Positions 49,201 to 59,104 are shown, counted from the first letter of the stretch. The stretch is 64,000 nt of DNA from an uncultured Candidatus Saccharibacteria bacterium (GCA_964532425.1 CAZHIA010000002.1:77945-141944); one strand, 5' to 3'. Program-made: numbers and translations. Notes: generated by a model from the sequence alone, not told the origin.

Positions 49201-49722
49201 TTCGACGAAAAGGTGACCGTAGGCGTTATGTACATGTTGAAACTCCACCACTTGGTCGATGACAAGATGCATGCCCGTTCGACTGGTCCGTACTCGCTTA
49301 TTACCCAGCAGCCGCTCGGCGGTAAAGCCCAGTTCGGCGGACAGCGTTTCGGAGAAATGGAAGTCTGGGCATTGGAAGGTTATGGCGCAGCCCACACCCT
49401 GCAGGAAATGTTGACCATCAAGTCTGACGACGTGGTCGGCAGGTCGAAGACCTACGAAGCTATCGTGAAGGGTGAAGCCATCAAGAAGCCGAACGTGCCG
49501 GAATCGTTCCGTGTTTTGGTCAAAGAATTGCAGAGCCTGTGTCTGGACGTCGAGCTTTTAGGCGCTGACGGCAAGATCAGCAGTGCAGCCGAAGAATCGG
49601 AAGTTATTACGCCGGCGGAAGCCCAAGCAGCTGCCGCTCCGGTCGATATGAGCCTGTTCGATGATGAACCGACTGCCAAAGATAAGAAAAAGAAGCGAGA
49701 GAAGGAGAAAAAAGGCAAGTAG
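46234..49722 (+). CDS. rpoB: DNA-directed RNA polymerase subunit beta
   Basis: SQLSQFMDQTNPL, GDKMAGRHGNKG and GGQRFGEMEVWALE; start at 46234 or 46255. Confidence 0.99.
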   Translation: MSTSQIQMKSDPKTGRKFFSRLHEASLLPNLIEVQLNSYKWFLEKGLKELLGEVNPIRDFTGKNLELFFGDYFFDKAKYDEFQSREKNTTFEAPLYVSAKLVNKVTGKTKTQDVYFGDFPLMTPRGTFIINGVERVVVNQLIKSPGVFFTAEFLRGKNFYGAKIIPNRGAWLELDTDIAGVIGVKIDRKRRIPITALLRVFGLSSNEQILEAFKDVDTDPDTKYIQNTLEKDASTNVDEGYKEVYKRIRPGDLATVDNAKSLISGMFFNLERYDLSPVGRFKFNQRLNISGNENPLLTLDDLVAVVKEVIRLNNTQDPADDIDHLANRRVRAVGELIQTRFRVGLARMARIAKDRMSLADLDTVTPAQLIHVRPVVATMQEFFSSSQLSQFMDQTNPLAELEHKRRLSAMGPGGLSRERAGMEVRDVHRSHYGRLCPITTPEGPNIGLVAHLATYAKVNDFGFIETPYQLVKKTAKNDGKDAVGEIALYDIKGEDGQTIVSAGSEITAAQAKELAKQSQLLEVRVKPHVTDKIVLLDAYEEEVLTIGLSSTAVDEKGYFIEQRASARVRNVPSITSTDEIDALDVSPKQIISVTTSLIPFLEHDDANRALMGSNMQRQAVSCIKPDAPLVGTGMEYKAARDSGTVILAEEEGTVTAVSGDKIVVVGEKGKKKEYVLLKFLRTNSATAINQIPRVTKGQHVKKGDLLADGASTENGELALGQNVLVAFMSWEGGNYEDAVLVSERVVQQDRYSSIHIDDFKIDVRDTKLGPEQVTRDIPNVGEEKLKDLDETGVIRIGAQVKAGDILVGKITPKGETDLTAEEKLLRVIFGEKSRDVKDTSLTLPHGEYGKVVNIREFSREAGDKLPSGVIRSIQVSVAVLRKIQVGDKMAGRHGNKGVISKIIPVEDMPFMADGRPVDIVLNPLGVVSRMNLGQILETHLGMAAYMHGYRVATPVLEGVTEEQIKSELVRAGIPPEGKVQLYDGKTGEPFDEKVTVGVMYMLKLHHLVDDKMHARSTGPYSLITQQPLGGKAQFGGQRFGEMEVWALEGYGAAHTLQEMLTIKSDDVVGRSKTYEAIVKGEAIKKPNVPESFRVLVKELQSLCLDVELLGADGKISSAAEESEVITPAEAQAAAAPVDMSLFDDEPTAKDKKKKREKEKKGK

Positions 49723-49731
49723 TACCGTATA

Positions 49732-49772
49732 AAAAAAGCGCCTTGGTCTGCCGAAGGCAGACCAAGGCAAAG
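49732..49772. terminator. Strong hairpin between rpoB and a convergent small ORF
   Basis: gccttggtctgcc-gaa-ggcagaccaaggc with an A-tract on the left (U-tract on the minus strand). Confidence 0.75.
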
Positions 49773-49774
49773 GA

Positions 49775-49960
49775 TTACGGTTGGGCGAGCAGCTGTTGGA
49801 TGCTTGTACACTGTTCGCACTCGTACAGTATCCCTATCCTGGCGAAAGAGCCGATCTGATCCAGTAGTTGCGGAACTCCGGCAAGGGCCTGCTTCTCCTC
49901 TGGTGCGAGCGCCTCTCCCCGCTGAACTTTCTCAACTGCAGCCATTATCCGTTTATACAT
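49775..49960 (-). CDS. Small hypothetical protein (61 aa) between rpoB and rpoC
   Basis: SD AAGGAGG, ATG start, CxxC motif and its own terminator. Confidence 0.6.
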   Translation of the reverse strand: MYKRIMAAVEKVQRGEALAPEEKQALAGVPQLLDQIGSFARIGILYECEQCTSIQQLLAQP

Positions 49961-50053
49961 TGCAATTTCCTCCTTGTGTTTTGTGGAAATCTGAACATTG
50001 TAATAGAGAGTGCATCTTTGGTCAAGTCTTATAATATTTAACGTTTCATCGAC

Positions 50054-53000
50054 ATGTTAACCCAAACTGAAGAATTTAAGGGAGTTCGACTCAAGCTCGC
50101 CTCGCCGGAAACCATTTTAAACTGGTCCCACGGCGAAGTGACCAAGCCGGAAACCATCAACTACCGCACGCAGCGTCCGGAAAAGGACGGTCTGTTCGAC
50201 GAAAAGATCTTCGGTCCCATTAAGGACTGGGAGTGTTATTGCGGGAAGTACAAGCGCATCCGCTACAAGGGGATCGTCTGCGACAAATGCGGGGTAGAAG
50301 TGACCAAGGCCAGCGTGCGCCGCGAGCGCATGGGGCACATCAAGCTCTCCGTACCCGTGGCCCACATCTGGTTTCTCCGCGGTGTTCCGTCCCGCTTAGG
50401 TTTGATTTTGGACCTCGGCGTACAGGAGCTTGAGAAAGTTGTCTATTTTGCTTCCTATATCATTACGAACGTCGACGAAGAATCCCGCCAGAATACTCTG
50501 GAACAGATCGAGCGCGAGTTCAAGGCCAAGAAGAAAGAGATTGAAGACAAGTACGAGACCATGATCGGCAAAGCCCGGTCCGGCGTGAACGCCAAGGGTA
50601 AGGACGAAGACGTTGTGCAGGCCGAGATTGATGCGGAAATTACCCGCCTCAAGGATATTTGGGCCAAAGAGCTCGAAGGCCTCGAAAACATTCGCGACCA
50701 AGCCCGGTCCGAACTGAAGTCCATCAAGCGCCACCAGATCATTTCTGAGCTGCAGTACCGCGATTTGTCACTTAAGTACGGTCCGGTCTTTACGGCCGGC
50801 ATTGGCGCAGAAGCCTTAAAAGGCATATTAGAAGAGATCAACCTTGAGCAGTTGGCCCAGGATTTGCAGCAGCAGCTGCCGGAACTGGAAGGCCAGGCGC
50901 AGCGCAAGGTCTTGAAGCGCTTAAAGCTCGTTAAATCCCTCATCCTGTCCGGCCTGCGTCCGGAGTGGATGCTTGTCACCGTGCTGCCTGTTATCCCTCC
51001 GGATCTGCGGCCTATGGTGCAGTTGGATGGTGGCCGGTTTGCCGCGTCCGATTTGAATGACTTGTATCGCCGCGTTATCAACCGCAATAACCGTTTGAAG
51101 AAGCTGCTCGAAATCAAGGCGCCGGAAGTCATTACCAGAAACGAAAAGCGTATGCTTCAGGAAGCGGTGGACGCCCTCATTGATAACTCCATCCGCCATG
51201 GCAAGGAAGTTACGGCCTCGACCGGTCAGAAGAGAAAGCTCCGCTCTCTTGCGGACATGCTCAAGGGCAAACAGGGTCGTTTCCGCCAGAACTTGCTCGG
51301 GAAGCGCGTGGACTACTCCGGCCGCAGCGTTATTGTTGTCGGTCCGCATTTGAAGCTTCATCAGTGCGGTCTGCCGAAGATGATGGCTCTCGAACTGTTC
51401 AAGCCGTTCGTTATTTCCAAACTCATATTGCGCGAGTACGCCCATAACGTGCGCAGCGCGAACCGCCTCATTGAACAGCAGCGCACCGAGGTCTACGATA
51501 TTCTGGAAGAAGTGACCAAGGACCACTATGTCCTCTTAAACCGCGCTCCAACCCTGCACCGCCTGGGTTTCCAGGCTTTCCAGCCGGTACTCATTGAAGG
51601 CAAGGCTATTCAGCTGCACCCCATGGTGTGTGCCGCCTTTAACGCTGACTTTGACGGGGACCAGATGGCCGTGCACGTGCCGCTGACCGAAGCTGCCCAG
51701 AAAGAAGCGCGCGAGATCATGGTCTCCGCCCATAACCTTCTGAAGCCTGCTTCCGGCGATCCGGTCATGACTCCGGACAAGGACGTAGTCGTCGGTTGTT
51801 ACTACATTACCCGCATGCGAGACGATGTCAAAGGTACGGGCAAGGCCTTTACCGACACCCAGGAAGCTGTCCTGGCTTATAACAACGGGCATGTCCACGT
51901 CCAAGCCAAGATTAAGGTTCGTCTTGATTCCGGTGAACTGGTGGAAACTTCCGTTGGCCGCCTTATTTTCAACCGCGTCGTGCCGAAGGAGCTCGGGTTC
52001 CGGAACGATAATTTCAACAAGAAAAAACTGCAAGCTCTGGTCCGCGAGGCTCATCGTATGTTCGGTAATGACCGCACGGCCGAACTGATTGACGAGATCA
52101 AGCGCGTCGGTTTTACCTACATGAAGAAATCCGGCTTGTCTTGGGGCATGGACGATCTGATTGTTCCTCAGACCAAGTATGATTTACTCAAGGAAGCCGA
52201 TCGCGCCGTGGAAGAAACCTACCAGCAGTATCGCGAAGGGTTACTCACCGAAGACGAACGCTACAACCGTGTTGTCGAAATTTGGGCCGAAGTTTCCGAA
52301 AAGATTGCCAAGGACGTTACCACGGTGGTTCCGGAGAATGGTCCGGTCAACTACTTTGTGTCGAGCGGTGCCAGAGGCTCATTCTCCCAGATTACCCAGA
52401 TGTCGGGTATGAAAGGGATGGTGGTCAACCCGTCCGGTTCCGTTATTGAATTGCCGGTAAAAGGTAGCTTTAAGGAAGGTTTGGCCGTTTTGGAATATTT
52501 CATTTCTACCCACGGATCCAGAAAAGGTATGTCCGACACCGCTTTGAGAACGGCTGACGCTGGGTATCTCACCCGCCGCTTGGTTGACGTTGCTCAGGAT
52601 ATTGTCGTAAATGCCGAAGATTGCGGTACGGAAGATTACGATGTGATTACTTTGGCTGATAGCCAGCGCATGAATAAGACACTGGAACAGCGCTTGTTCG
52701 GCCGCGTAGCAGCGGAGAATATCAAGGATGGTTCCGGCGAGGTTATTGTCGAAAAGAATCACGGTATCGATGAGGATATGGCCAAGCGCATTGTGGCCGC
52801 AGGGCACACCGAAGTTAAGTGCCGCTCGGTGCTGAAATGCAAATTGACTCGCGGTATCTGCCGCCTCTGCTACGGGTATGACCTCGGTTTTAACCGCATG
52901 GTCGAGCTCGGCGCAGCTGTCGGGATCGTGGCTGCCCAAGCCATTGGAGAACCGGGCACCCAGCTGACCATGCGTACCTTCCACACTGGAGGTTCCGCAT

Positions 53001-53947
53001 CCGTGAAAGATATTACCCAAGGTCTGCCTCGCGTGGAAGAGCTATTTGAAGCCCGCGAACCAAAAGGACAGGCCGTAGTCAGCGAAGTTGACGGACAGGT
53101 CTATATTAGCAAGCCTAATAATAAGGAGTTTGTTGTGCGCATCCAAGGCGCAGACGTGGCCAAGGATGCCTATGCACTCGGGCAGGCCCATTCCGCCATT
53201 AAAGACGGCAGCCATGTATCGAGCGGTGAAACCCTGTACATCGATGAGTCGGGCAAGAGCGTGAAGGCTGATAATCCGGGTATTGTCCGCGTGGAAAAGG
53301 ATTCTATTGTTGTCATTCACGAGAGTGAAAATTTGAAGGAATATGTAGTACCTGCTTCGTTCTCCCTGCTCGTCAAGGACGGGGACCTGGTGACTAAAGG
53401 CCAGCAATTGACCGAAGGTAACCTGAATCCCGCCCAAATTATGGATCTGCTTGGTACGGAATCCTCCCAGAAGTATATTGTCCGAGGCGTCCAGGATATT
53501 TACGTATCCCAAGGACAACCTATTCATGACAAGCATATTGAGGTGATTGTCCGCCAGATGTTCTCAAAGATGCGCATTCTGGATTCCGGCGACAGCGAGT
53601 TTGTCCCGGGTGAGATTGCCGACCGTTCCAAGTTCAACTATATCAATGAACAGCTTGTGGCCCAGGGGAAGACCGCTGCCCGCGCCGAACAGCTACTCAT
53701 GGGTATTACCAAAGTCTCTTTGAATACCGAAAGCTTCCTAGCTGCGGCATCCTTCCAGGAAACCACCCGCGTGCTCATTGAGGCTGCAGTGACCGGCAAG
53801 ACCGATTACCTGAGAGGCCTGAAGGAAAATGTCATTATCGGCAAGCTTATTCCGGCCGGTACCGGCTTCTCCAGCCATGGCGCACAGGAAAACCTCCAGC
53901 CGGAAGAAGTGACTGCGGCTACCGCCGTGATCTCAGAGGCTGAGTAA
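50054..53947 (+). CDS. rpoC: DNA-directed RNA polymerase subunit beta'
   Basis: Zinc-binding CYC/CDKC, NADFDGDQMAVH, GEPGTQLTMRTFH and GLKENVIIG. Confidence 0.99.
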   Translation: MLTQTEEFKGVRLKLASPETILNWSHGEVTKPETINYRTQRPEKDGLFDEKIFGPIKDWECYCGKYKRIRYKGIVCDKCGVEVTKASVRRERMGHIKLSVPVAHIWFLRGVPSRLGLILDLGVQELEKVVYFASYIITNVDEESRQNTLEQIEREFKAKKKEIEDKYETMIGKARSGVNAKGKDEDVVQAEIDAEITRLKDIWAKELEGLENIRDQARSELKSIKRHQIISELQYRDLSLKYGPVFTAGIGAEALKGILEEINLEQLAQDLQQQLPELEGQAQRKVLKRLKLVKSLILSGLRPEWMLVTVLPVIPPDLRPMVQLDGGRFAASDLNDLYRRVINRNNRLKKLLEIKAPEVITRNEKRMLQEAVDALIDNSIRHGKEVTASTGQKRKLRSLADMLKGKQGRFRQNLLGKRVDYSGRSVIVVGPHLKLHQCGLPKMMALELFKPFVISKLILREYAHNVRSANRLIEQQRTEVYDILEEVTKDHYVLLNRAPTLHRLGFQAFQPVLIEGKAIQLHPMVCAAFNADFDGDQMAVHVPLTEAAQKEAREIMVSAHNLLKPASGDPVMTPDKDVVVGCYYITRMRDDVKGTGKAFTDTQEAVLAYNNGHVHVQAKIKVRLDSGELVETSVGRLIFNRVVPKELGFRNDNFNKKKLQALVREAHRMFGNDRTAELIDEIKRVGFTYMKKSGLSWGMDDLIVPQTKYDLLKEADRAVEETYQQYREGLLTEDERYNRVVEIWAEVSEKIAKDVTTVVPENGPVNYFVSSGARGSFSQITQMSGMKGMVVNPSGSVIELPVKGSFKEGLAVLEYFISTHGSRKGMSDTALRTADAGYLTRRLVDVAQDIVVNAEDCGTEDYDVITLADSQRMNKTLEQRLFGRVAAENIKDGSGEVIVEKNHGIDEDMAKRIVAAGHTEVKCRSVLKCKLTRGICRLCYGYDLGFNRMVELGAAVGIVAAQAIGEPGTQLTMRTFHTGGSASVKDITQGLPRVEELFEAREPKGQAVVSEVDGQVYISKPNNKEFVVRIQGADVAKDAYALGQAHSAIKDGSHVSSGETLYIDESGKSVKADNPGIVRVEKDSIVVIHESENLKEYVVPASFSLLVKDGDLVTKGQQLTEGNLNPAQIMDLLGTESSQKYIVRGVQDIYVSQGQPIHDKHIEVIVRQMFSKMRILDSGDSEFVPGEIADRSKFNYINEQLVAQGKTAARAEQLLMGITKVSLNTESFLAAASFQETTRVLIEAAVTGKTDYLRGLKENVIIGKLIPAGTGFSSHGAQENLQPEEVTAATAVISEAE

Positions 53948-53965
53948 GACACTGATAAACACAAG

Positions 53966-53992
53966 AAACGCCGCCCCTTCGGGCGGCGTTTT
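53966..53992 (+). terminator. rpoC terminator
   Basis: aaacgccgccc-cttc-gggcggcgtttt. Confidence 0.85.
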
Positions 53993-54332
53993 AAATATGA
54001 TTAGATGGAAATCTCTCAAGTTTTCCCGAAAGATTTTCATCAAGAGGCTATTGTGAGGAGGGTGAGTGAGGATGGGGGAAGATGTCAATAGGATTTATAG
54101 GACGAATAGGTTTGATAGGACATATGGGACTTAATAGGATGCATTGGCTGATAACCAGTCCATCAATGAGGCTGGTCGCCAAAGAGGCGAGTATAAAAAA
54201 CAGTCCGACTTCTAAATCGGAGTGTTTTTTATATCAGTGTTAATCAGTTAACCAACATCAGTGTTTATCTGCGTTACTGCCCGCTGCTGTGTATGTATTT
54301 TTATTACTAATTACTGTTTACTATTCACTATT

Positions 54333-55661
54333 TTAGTATATTGCCGTGGCGATGTACGTGATGAGGTTCTGATACGTGCCTTGCGGTTGGGTGGCACCGA
54401 CCCTGACGCGGTAGGCGACATAGCCTTCGTCCCCGCTGGCCGGGGCATTGTTGGACATAATAGTGACCGAGCTGGAACTATTGAAGCCGGCGGAGTTAAA
54501 GGTTCTTCCCGAATCGTTGTAGTTGAAGGTCATGGTTGGGCTACCGGCCTTGGTCTGGAGGGCGTAGCCGAACCCGTTAGCGGCATTATTGTCCGCAGCT
54601 GTCACGTTGTAGTCGGAAATGACCGTGCCATTGGTCTTGCGCAGGGAGCCGTCGGACTGGGCCGTAACGATGTATCCGCTGTTGGAGTTGGTATCGATAT
54701 GGATGAACTGGGCAGCCGTACGGTTGGTGGATACGGTCAGTGTGCCCAAGGGAACCGTGGTGGCCGTGGTGGTCACATCCATGCTGGTACCGGCTACAGT
54801 CGTGCCGGAGTTAACCGGATTGATGGTGAATGTCAGGGTTGGGACGACCGTAGCCGTAGCGGAAACCGATTCAATGACACCAACCCTGCCGGTGGTGGTA
54901 TCGACTATGTTGCTGCTGCCGTCCTGCTCATCAACCTGGACCGCATAGGTGTCAGCCGTGCCTTGGACCGCGGTTTTGGTGGGGTTTAAAAGCTTGTTGG
55001 TGTTACCGATCGTGATGGTAATGGCAGTGGCGGCGGCAATAGTTCCGGTGAAAGGTACCGTAATAACCACGTTGGAGGCCGGGGAGGAGGTGGTAATGGT
55101 GCCAGCCGTACCGCCAGTGAGGGAGATGTCGCCCGCGGTAATGCCGTTAAAATCGAAGCCGCTTGCTCCAGGGATGCTATTATTGGCGCCAGTGCCGTCT
55201 CCGGGCATAGTAATGACAAATTTGCCTGCCGTGACCGCCGACCGGGTAGTGAATGTAATGGTATGTTTTGAAGTCATTTTCAGGTACAAATAACTAGTAC
55301 CTGAGGTGTAGGTCCCGGTCAAGCCGGTGGTCAGGTTTAGCTGGGTTACGCTGGGAATTGAAGCGATTACCCGGTTTTCAGAAGACGTACAGGTATTAGT
55401 GGTACACAGGGTTATGGTGTCGCCTTGGGCAAGGCCGAGCGTACTGCCAACCGTAATGGTCGTATCATTCGGGTTGCCATTGCCGCCAAAAGCCGTGGCT
55501 ACGCTTGGTCGGGAAGTAGACAGGGTGTCCTTGACGCTCGTGAGAGCGCCGACGGCATTCAGATTGAAAGGGTAGAGCAAGGCGGGTAAAATGAGCGCAA
55601 ACAGCAAAAATAGTATGCGCTTCGGCGCTGTTTTATTATGTAAGCGAACCAAAAAGTTCAT
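54333..55661 (-). CDS. Secreted Thr-rich beta protein with a WxL-like C-terminal domain, paralog 1
   Basis: Signal peptide; C-terminus QPQGTYQNLITYIATAIY; highly similar to the next two genes. Confidence 0.85.
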   Translation of the reverse strand: MNFLVRLHNKTAPKRILFLLFALILPALLYPFNLNAVGALTSVKDTLSTSRPSVATAFGGNGNPNDTTITVGSTLGLAQGDTITLCTTNTCTSSENRVIASIPSVTQLNLTTGLTGTYTSGTSYLYLKMTSKHTITFTTRSAVTAGKFVITMPGDGTGANNSIPGASGFDFNGITAGDISLTGGTAGTITTSSPASNVVITVPFTGTIAAATAITITIGNTNKLLNPTKTAVQGTADTYAVQVDEQDGSSNIVDTTTGRVGVIESVSATATVVPTLTFTINPVNSGTTVAGTSMDVTTTATTVPLGTLTVSTNRTAAQFIHIDTNSNSGYIVTAQSDGSLRKTNGTVISDYNVTAADNNAANGFGYALQTKAGSPTMTFNYNDSGRTFNSAGFNSSSSVTIMSNNAPASGDEGYVAYRVRVGATQPQGTYQNLITYIATAIY

Positions 55662-56252
55662 ACAGGAAAATTTTATTTCGGAAGATTTTTGATGAAATTA
55701 TTATAGCACAAATAAAAGGAATATGGCAAAGAGTTGATATTTCCTCGGGCAGGCAGGTCAGCTTGCCAATGCAGGAGGCAACTGTAGGGTAGGGAAGGAT
55801 AACATCCGGCCGTTCTGAGCGTATTAACGTATCAAAGCGGGAGCGGGCCGCTATCGCACGCCCCTACGAGGAACAGTTACAGTGTAGGGGCAGCCGACCC
55901 TGCCTACCGGCAGGCAGGAGGCATCCGCCATTCACGAAAGCTCCGAAAGATTCCTGTTAAGGCGGTTGGTCGAGCGAGTCTGGGGAAGGTGGAAATCAGA
56001 TTCATAAGATGAATAGGACATATGGAACGATTAGGACTGATAGGGCAAATAGGATGAATGGGTTGGATAGGATTGATAGGATAAATAGGTTAGTTGATAA
56101 GGCTGTGTGCCAAGGAGGCGGGTACAAAAACACTCCGATCGCTAAATCGGAGTGTTTTTATATCAGTGTTAATCAGTCCCAACATCAGTGTTTATCCGCG
56201 TTACTACCCACTGCTGTGTATGTATTCTATTTACTGTTTACTATTCACTATT

Positions 56253-57578
56253 TTAGTATATTGCCGTGGCGATGTAGGTAACCAGATTTTGGTAGGTGCC
56301 TTGTGGCTGGGTGGCGCCGACCCTGACGCGGTAAATTACATAGGATTCATCGCCTGAGGCTGGGCTGCCGTTTTGCATAATGGTTACCGGGGTGGAGCTG
56401 CTAAAACCCTTGGAGAAGAAGGTGCCACTGTCGTTATAATGGAATGCTGAAGGAGTATTGGTCTTGTCCTGGAGAGAATAGCCAAAGCCATTATTAGCAT
56501 TGTTGTCTGCCCCGGTCAGGTTGTAGTCTGAAATGACCGTGCCGTTGGTCTTCCGGAGGGAACCGTCGGACTGGGCTGTCACAATATACCCGCTGTTGGA
56601 GTTTGTGTCGATATGGATGAACTGGGCAGCCGTACGGTTGGTGTTGACGACCAGGTTGCCGAAAGGCACGGTGGTGGCTGTGGTGGCTACATCCGTGGTG
56701 GCGCCGGCAACTGCTGCGCTAGCCGCTACCGGGTTGATGGTAAAGGTGAAGGACGGGGTAACGGTTGCTGACACGGTGACCGGTTCGATGGTGCCCAGTG
56801 AGGCGGTAGTGGTATCAACCACATTACTGCTCGCGTCTTGTTCATCGATTTGTACGTTCGTAATATCAGCCGTGCCTTGGACCGCGGTTTTAGTGGGGTT
56901 GAGAATTCTGGCGGTGGTACCGATCGTAATGGTAATGGCGGTAGTGGCGGCAATGGTTCCGGTGAAGGGAATGGTAATGACCACATTAGAGGCTGGGGAG
57001 GAGGTTGCGATTGTGCCAGCCGTGCCTCCACCCAGGGTGATTTCAGCGGTTGTGATGCCGCCAAAGTCATACCCGTTCGCCCCAGGGATGCCGTTGTTTG
57101 GGCTGCCATCGCCTGGCAAGGTCACGACAAACTTGCCGCCCGTAACTGCTGAACGGGTAGTAAAGGTAATGGTGTGCTTTGAAGTAGCCTTATAGATGGC
57201 AAAGCTTGACGCGGTAAACGGGTTGGTGGTACCTGCCGTAAGTGCCAGTTGGGTCTGGCTTAAGATTGCGGCAACCGTGCGTGTCTCGGAGGTGGTACAA
57301 GCTGCGGTAGTACACAGCACTATGCTGTCATTTTGCACGATTCCATTGGTGTTAGCCACGGGAATAGTGGTGTCGCCGGCGCTGACCGACCCGGTAATAG
57401 CCGTGTACACGCTGGGGCGAGAAGTGGAAAGGGTATCTCGCAAGGAGGTGAGGGAACCTGCTGCATCTAGGCTGAACGAAGCTGGGATTAGGGCCATTAC
57501 TGTGAGGAACATGGTAATCGTAGCCAGCGAAAGCAGTTTTTTATTAGTTCTTGCTGCCTCTAAAAGAGACTGCCGCAT
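56253..57578 (-). CDS. Secreted Thr-rich beta protein, paralog 2
   Basis: Same architecture (DTLSTSRPSV, SKHTITFTTRSAV, HIDTNSNSGY). Confidence 0.85.
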   Translation of the reverse strand: MRQSLLEAARTNKKLLSLATITMFLTVMALIPASFSLDAAGSLTSLRDTLSTSRPSVYTAITGSVSAGDTTIPVANTNGIVQNDSIVLCTTAACTTSETRTVAAILSQTQLALTAGTTNPFTASSFAIYKATSKHTITFTTRSAVTGGKFVVTLPGDGSPNNGIPGANGYDFGGITTAEITLGGGTAGTIATSSPASNVVITIPFTGTIAATTAITITIGTTARILNPTKTAVQGTADITNVQIDEQDASSNVVDTTTASLGTIEPVTVSATVTPSFTFTINPVAASAAVAGATTDVATTATTVPFGNLVVNTNRTAAQFIHIDTNSNSGYIVTAQSDGSLRKTNGTVISDYNLTGADNNANNGFGYSLQDKTNTPSAFHYNDSGTFFSKGFSSSTPVTIMQNGSPASGDESYVIYRVRVGATQPQGTYQNLVTYIATAIY

Positions 57579-57784
57579 AAGAGCTTTTTTATTTCTTAGA
57601 GCTTAAAATCCTTTTTATTATAGAGAAAATTTTTGAATTGGGCAAATGAAAAATGGTTTTGATATCCACAATGGGGCAAACGGCAAAGTAAGAGGTGTTC
57701 CGCCTTAAGGAGCCCTATAAAGTCAATAAACCCCGCGTCCAGCGGGGTCTTAGGAAAAGGTTGATTTTGTGTTGCTCTTATATT

Positions 57785-59104
57785 TTAATATACCGGTGTG
57801 GCAATGTAGGTTACCAGGTTCTGGTATGCACCCTGCGGCTGGGAGGCATTGATCCTGACTCGGTAAGCGACATAGCCTTCGTCTCCGGTAGCCGGCGAGC
57901 TGTTGGACATGATGGTAACCGGACTAGTGCTGCTAAAACCAGCGGAGTTAAAGGTCCTTCCTGAATCATTGTAATTAAAGGTCATGGTCGGGCTGCCTGC
58001 TTTGGTCTGGAGCGCATAGCCAAACCCGTTGGTTGCATTATTGTCTGCTGCTGTTAGGTTAAAATCAGAAATGACCGCACCATTGGTCTTCCGGAGGGAG
58101 CCATCGGACTGGGCCGTGACGAAATAACCACTGTTGGAATTTGTATCGATGTGGATGTACTGGGCCGCCGTACGGTTGGTCGCCACGACCAGGTTTCCGA
58201 AGGGTACTGTGGTGGCTGTGGTGGTAACGTCCGTGTTGACCCCTGCAATCGTGGTCCCGGAGTTGACCGGATTGATGGTAAAGGTAAACGAGGGAACTAC
58301 AGAAGCGGAAATTGTTACCGGTTCAATGGTCCCGACTGAGACCGTGGTAGTATCCACCACGTTATTTCCACTGTCTTGCTCGTCGATTTGCACCGGGAAC
58401 GTGTCAGCCGTGCCTTGGGTAGAGGTCTTGGTTGGATTAAGCAGCATATTCGTATTGCCGACCGTGATGGTTATAGCGGTGGTGGCGTTGATCGTGCCGG
58501 TAAACGGGATGGTAATGACGACGTTGGAAGCCGGGGAGGAGGTAGTGATAGTGCCGGCAGTGCCTCCGGTTAAGGAAATGTCGGCGGCAGTGATTTTGTT
58601 AAAATCGAACCCGTTCAGCGCCGGGATGCTATTGTTCGGCCCGCCGGCATCTCCGGGCAAGGTGACCACAAACTTGCCGCCCGTCACTGCCGAGCGGGTG
58701 GTGAAGGTGATGGTATGTTTCGAAGCTGATTTTAAATAGACATTCCCGCCTCCGGCATAGCCATTGGCAGTACCAGTAGTCAGGCTGATCTGGGTATTAT
58801 TGGGGACAGAGCTGATCACTTTCGTTTCCGTAACCGTGCATCCCGCATTACAGAGCGTGATGGTGTCACCTTGCAGTAAGCCGACCGTGCTCGTAACGGT
58901 GATAGTGGTGTCGCCCAAGGTTACCGCGGACATGGGGGTGGCCACGCTTGGGCGCGAGGTTGACAGGCTGTCTTTTACCGTGGTCAGGGAACCGCTCGCG
59001 TTCAACTGAAAGGTGGCAGGGGTAAGAATAAAAACAATCATAATAATACTTATGATTGCCCATGAAAACAGCTTTTTCTGAAAGCTGGAGAAAAAATTCA
59101 CCAT
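57785..59104 (-). CDS. Secreted Thr-rich beta protein, paralog 3
   Basis: Same architecture; C-terminus YQNLVTYIATPVY. Confidence 0.85.
   Translation of the reverse strand: MVNFFSSFQKKLFSWAIISIIMIVFILTPATFQLNASGSLTTVKDSLSTSRPSVATPMSAVTLGDTTITVTSTVGLLQGDTITLCNAGCTVTETKVISSVPNNTQISLTTGTANGYAGGGNVYLKSASKHTITFTTRSAVTGGKFVVTLPGDAGGPNNSIPALNGFDFNKITAADISLTGGTAGTITTSSPASNVVITIPFTGTINATTAITITVGNTNMLLNPTKTSTQGTADTFPVQIDEQDSGNNVVDTTTVSVGTIEPVTISASVVPSFTFTINPVNSGTTIAGVNTDVTTTATTVPFGNLVVATNRTAAQYIHIDTNSNSGYFVTAQSDGSLRKTNGAVISDFNLTAADNNATNGFGYALQTKAGSPTMTFNYNDSGRTFNSAGFSSTSPVTIMSNSSPATGDEGYVAYRVRINASQPQGAYQNLVTYIATPVY

Noticed and set aside
54333-59104. Diversity-generating retroelement template/variable repeats
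   Set aside because: No reverse transcriptase in the window; differences look mostly synonymous or block-wise rather than adenine-specific
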